A DNA stretch of 64,000 nucleotides, the filler included, from Sphacelaria rigidula (taxonomy: Eukaryota), in assembly GCA_964200075.2 (NCBI GenBank). It is 4 parts of 4 records of this genome, joined end to end, with 100 filler letters (N's around TTAATTAATTAA, not from the genome) between each part and the next. Parts side by side here need not be neighbours in the genome. Positions count along the whole stretch, not along the records: positions 48,094 to 64,000 come from CAXNAA020001552.1; 3 more parts are not named here. The stretch is one strand, 5' to 3'. The translations under genes and the position numbers were made by a program. This document shows positions 63,143 to 64,000 of the stretch, piece by piece. Positions within the stretch are counted from its first letter, which is position 1, and every line of letters begins with the position of its first letter. The notes beneath the pieces were generated by a model. It was given only the letters and a program-made list of their open reading frames with translations, had not been told where the DNA came from and ran no database searches.

Positions 63143-64000
63143 GTAAGCAGAAATAATCTGAACGAAAATGAGAGATGGGCTTTGGTTCACGAGCTCCTCG
63201 ATCAGCGATGCCGGCAAAAGCGGCAAGCTGGCCCATGGCGACATTAAGCGAGTCGCGCACAGCAGTTCGGTTGCCCGAGCAAGCAAGCTTCAGCCGTGTG
63301 AAAACTGTGTTTAAACTGTGTGTAGATCATCCTCCAATCACTGTTGCATCGTTTTGAGGGTGTTTTTACGGCGCACACTCGATCTAGGGGCAGAATCACC
63401 AAATCTCCCTTGTACTTCGGCGTTTCCGAATATCCCTTATCTTTCGGAACAAAGTGGTATGAGAGTTGATGTATTCGAGGGGTTCTTATACCAAAAGCCC
63501 ATCATGCCTATGAATTAGGTAGTGCCGCTTTAGAAGCCGGTCTGCGAACCGCGAAAGAAGCAACGGCAATTTACACCACCATCCGCTACACGTCTGGTAG
63601 ACAATTCATGTCTATCGGTAATTTGCTCACGGATCAAGCGGTACTATGGTACGGTAACGGCGCCCGAGTTGCAGGGAGGTTGCCTTCTCTTTCGCCCTCC
63701 TCAGCGAGTTGTTTATCCTCCACTTTCTTCAGGCACACACACACCTTCACTGCTGAAAAACTGGGGCCTGGAAGGGTCTACGCGTTTTATTCTCTTTTTT
63801 ATTGTTCTACGGCACGTGCTTGAACGTCAACGTCACAATCACCGCGCAAATAGTTGGTGTTGGGGAAGGGCATCTAGACCATCAAAAATATACACGACGG
63901 AGGGGGGGGGGGGGGGGGGGGTTTCCGGGGGTACCCCGGCGGAAAAGGGGGGGGGGGGGGGGGGGGGTTTTTGGGTGGGGCGCGGGGGGGGGTTGGAAAA

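Noticed and set aside
63900-64000. G-runs as a telomere or G-quadruplex element
   Set aside because: Irregular homopolymers at the probable contig end, likely low-quality sequence, with no telomeric unit.

Overview
Eukaryotic nuclear DNA. The intron-rich genes, long introns and repeat content suggest a stramenopile, probably a brown alga (inference only). The window is four ~15.9-kb contigs joined by identical 100-nt spacers (N44-TTAATTAATTAA-N44), so adjacency across the gaps is artificial. Contig 1 holds a putative orphan 3' LTR and a decayed Ty3/Gypsy element (A). Contig 2 holds a complete but decayed Gypsy element (B; two LTRs, AACT TSD, WVDD RT), apparently nested in the 5' region of element C, a relative of A. 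Contig 3 holds a 5-exon ATP23 gene head-to-head with a purD/GARS gene that has a degenerate PurH-type MGS-like N-terminal domain, plus SINE/MITE/LINE debris. Contig 4 holds 12 phase-compatible exons of a large acidic, low-complexity protein. The most notable signal: A and C share an integrase C-terminus with a cage-deficient chromodomain followed by a second Tudor/PWWP-like domain and an RGSWCLQR motif, which may be a built-in dual chromatin-reader targeting module.
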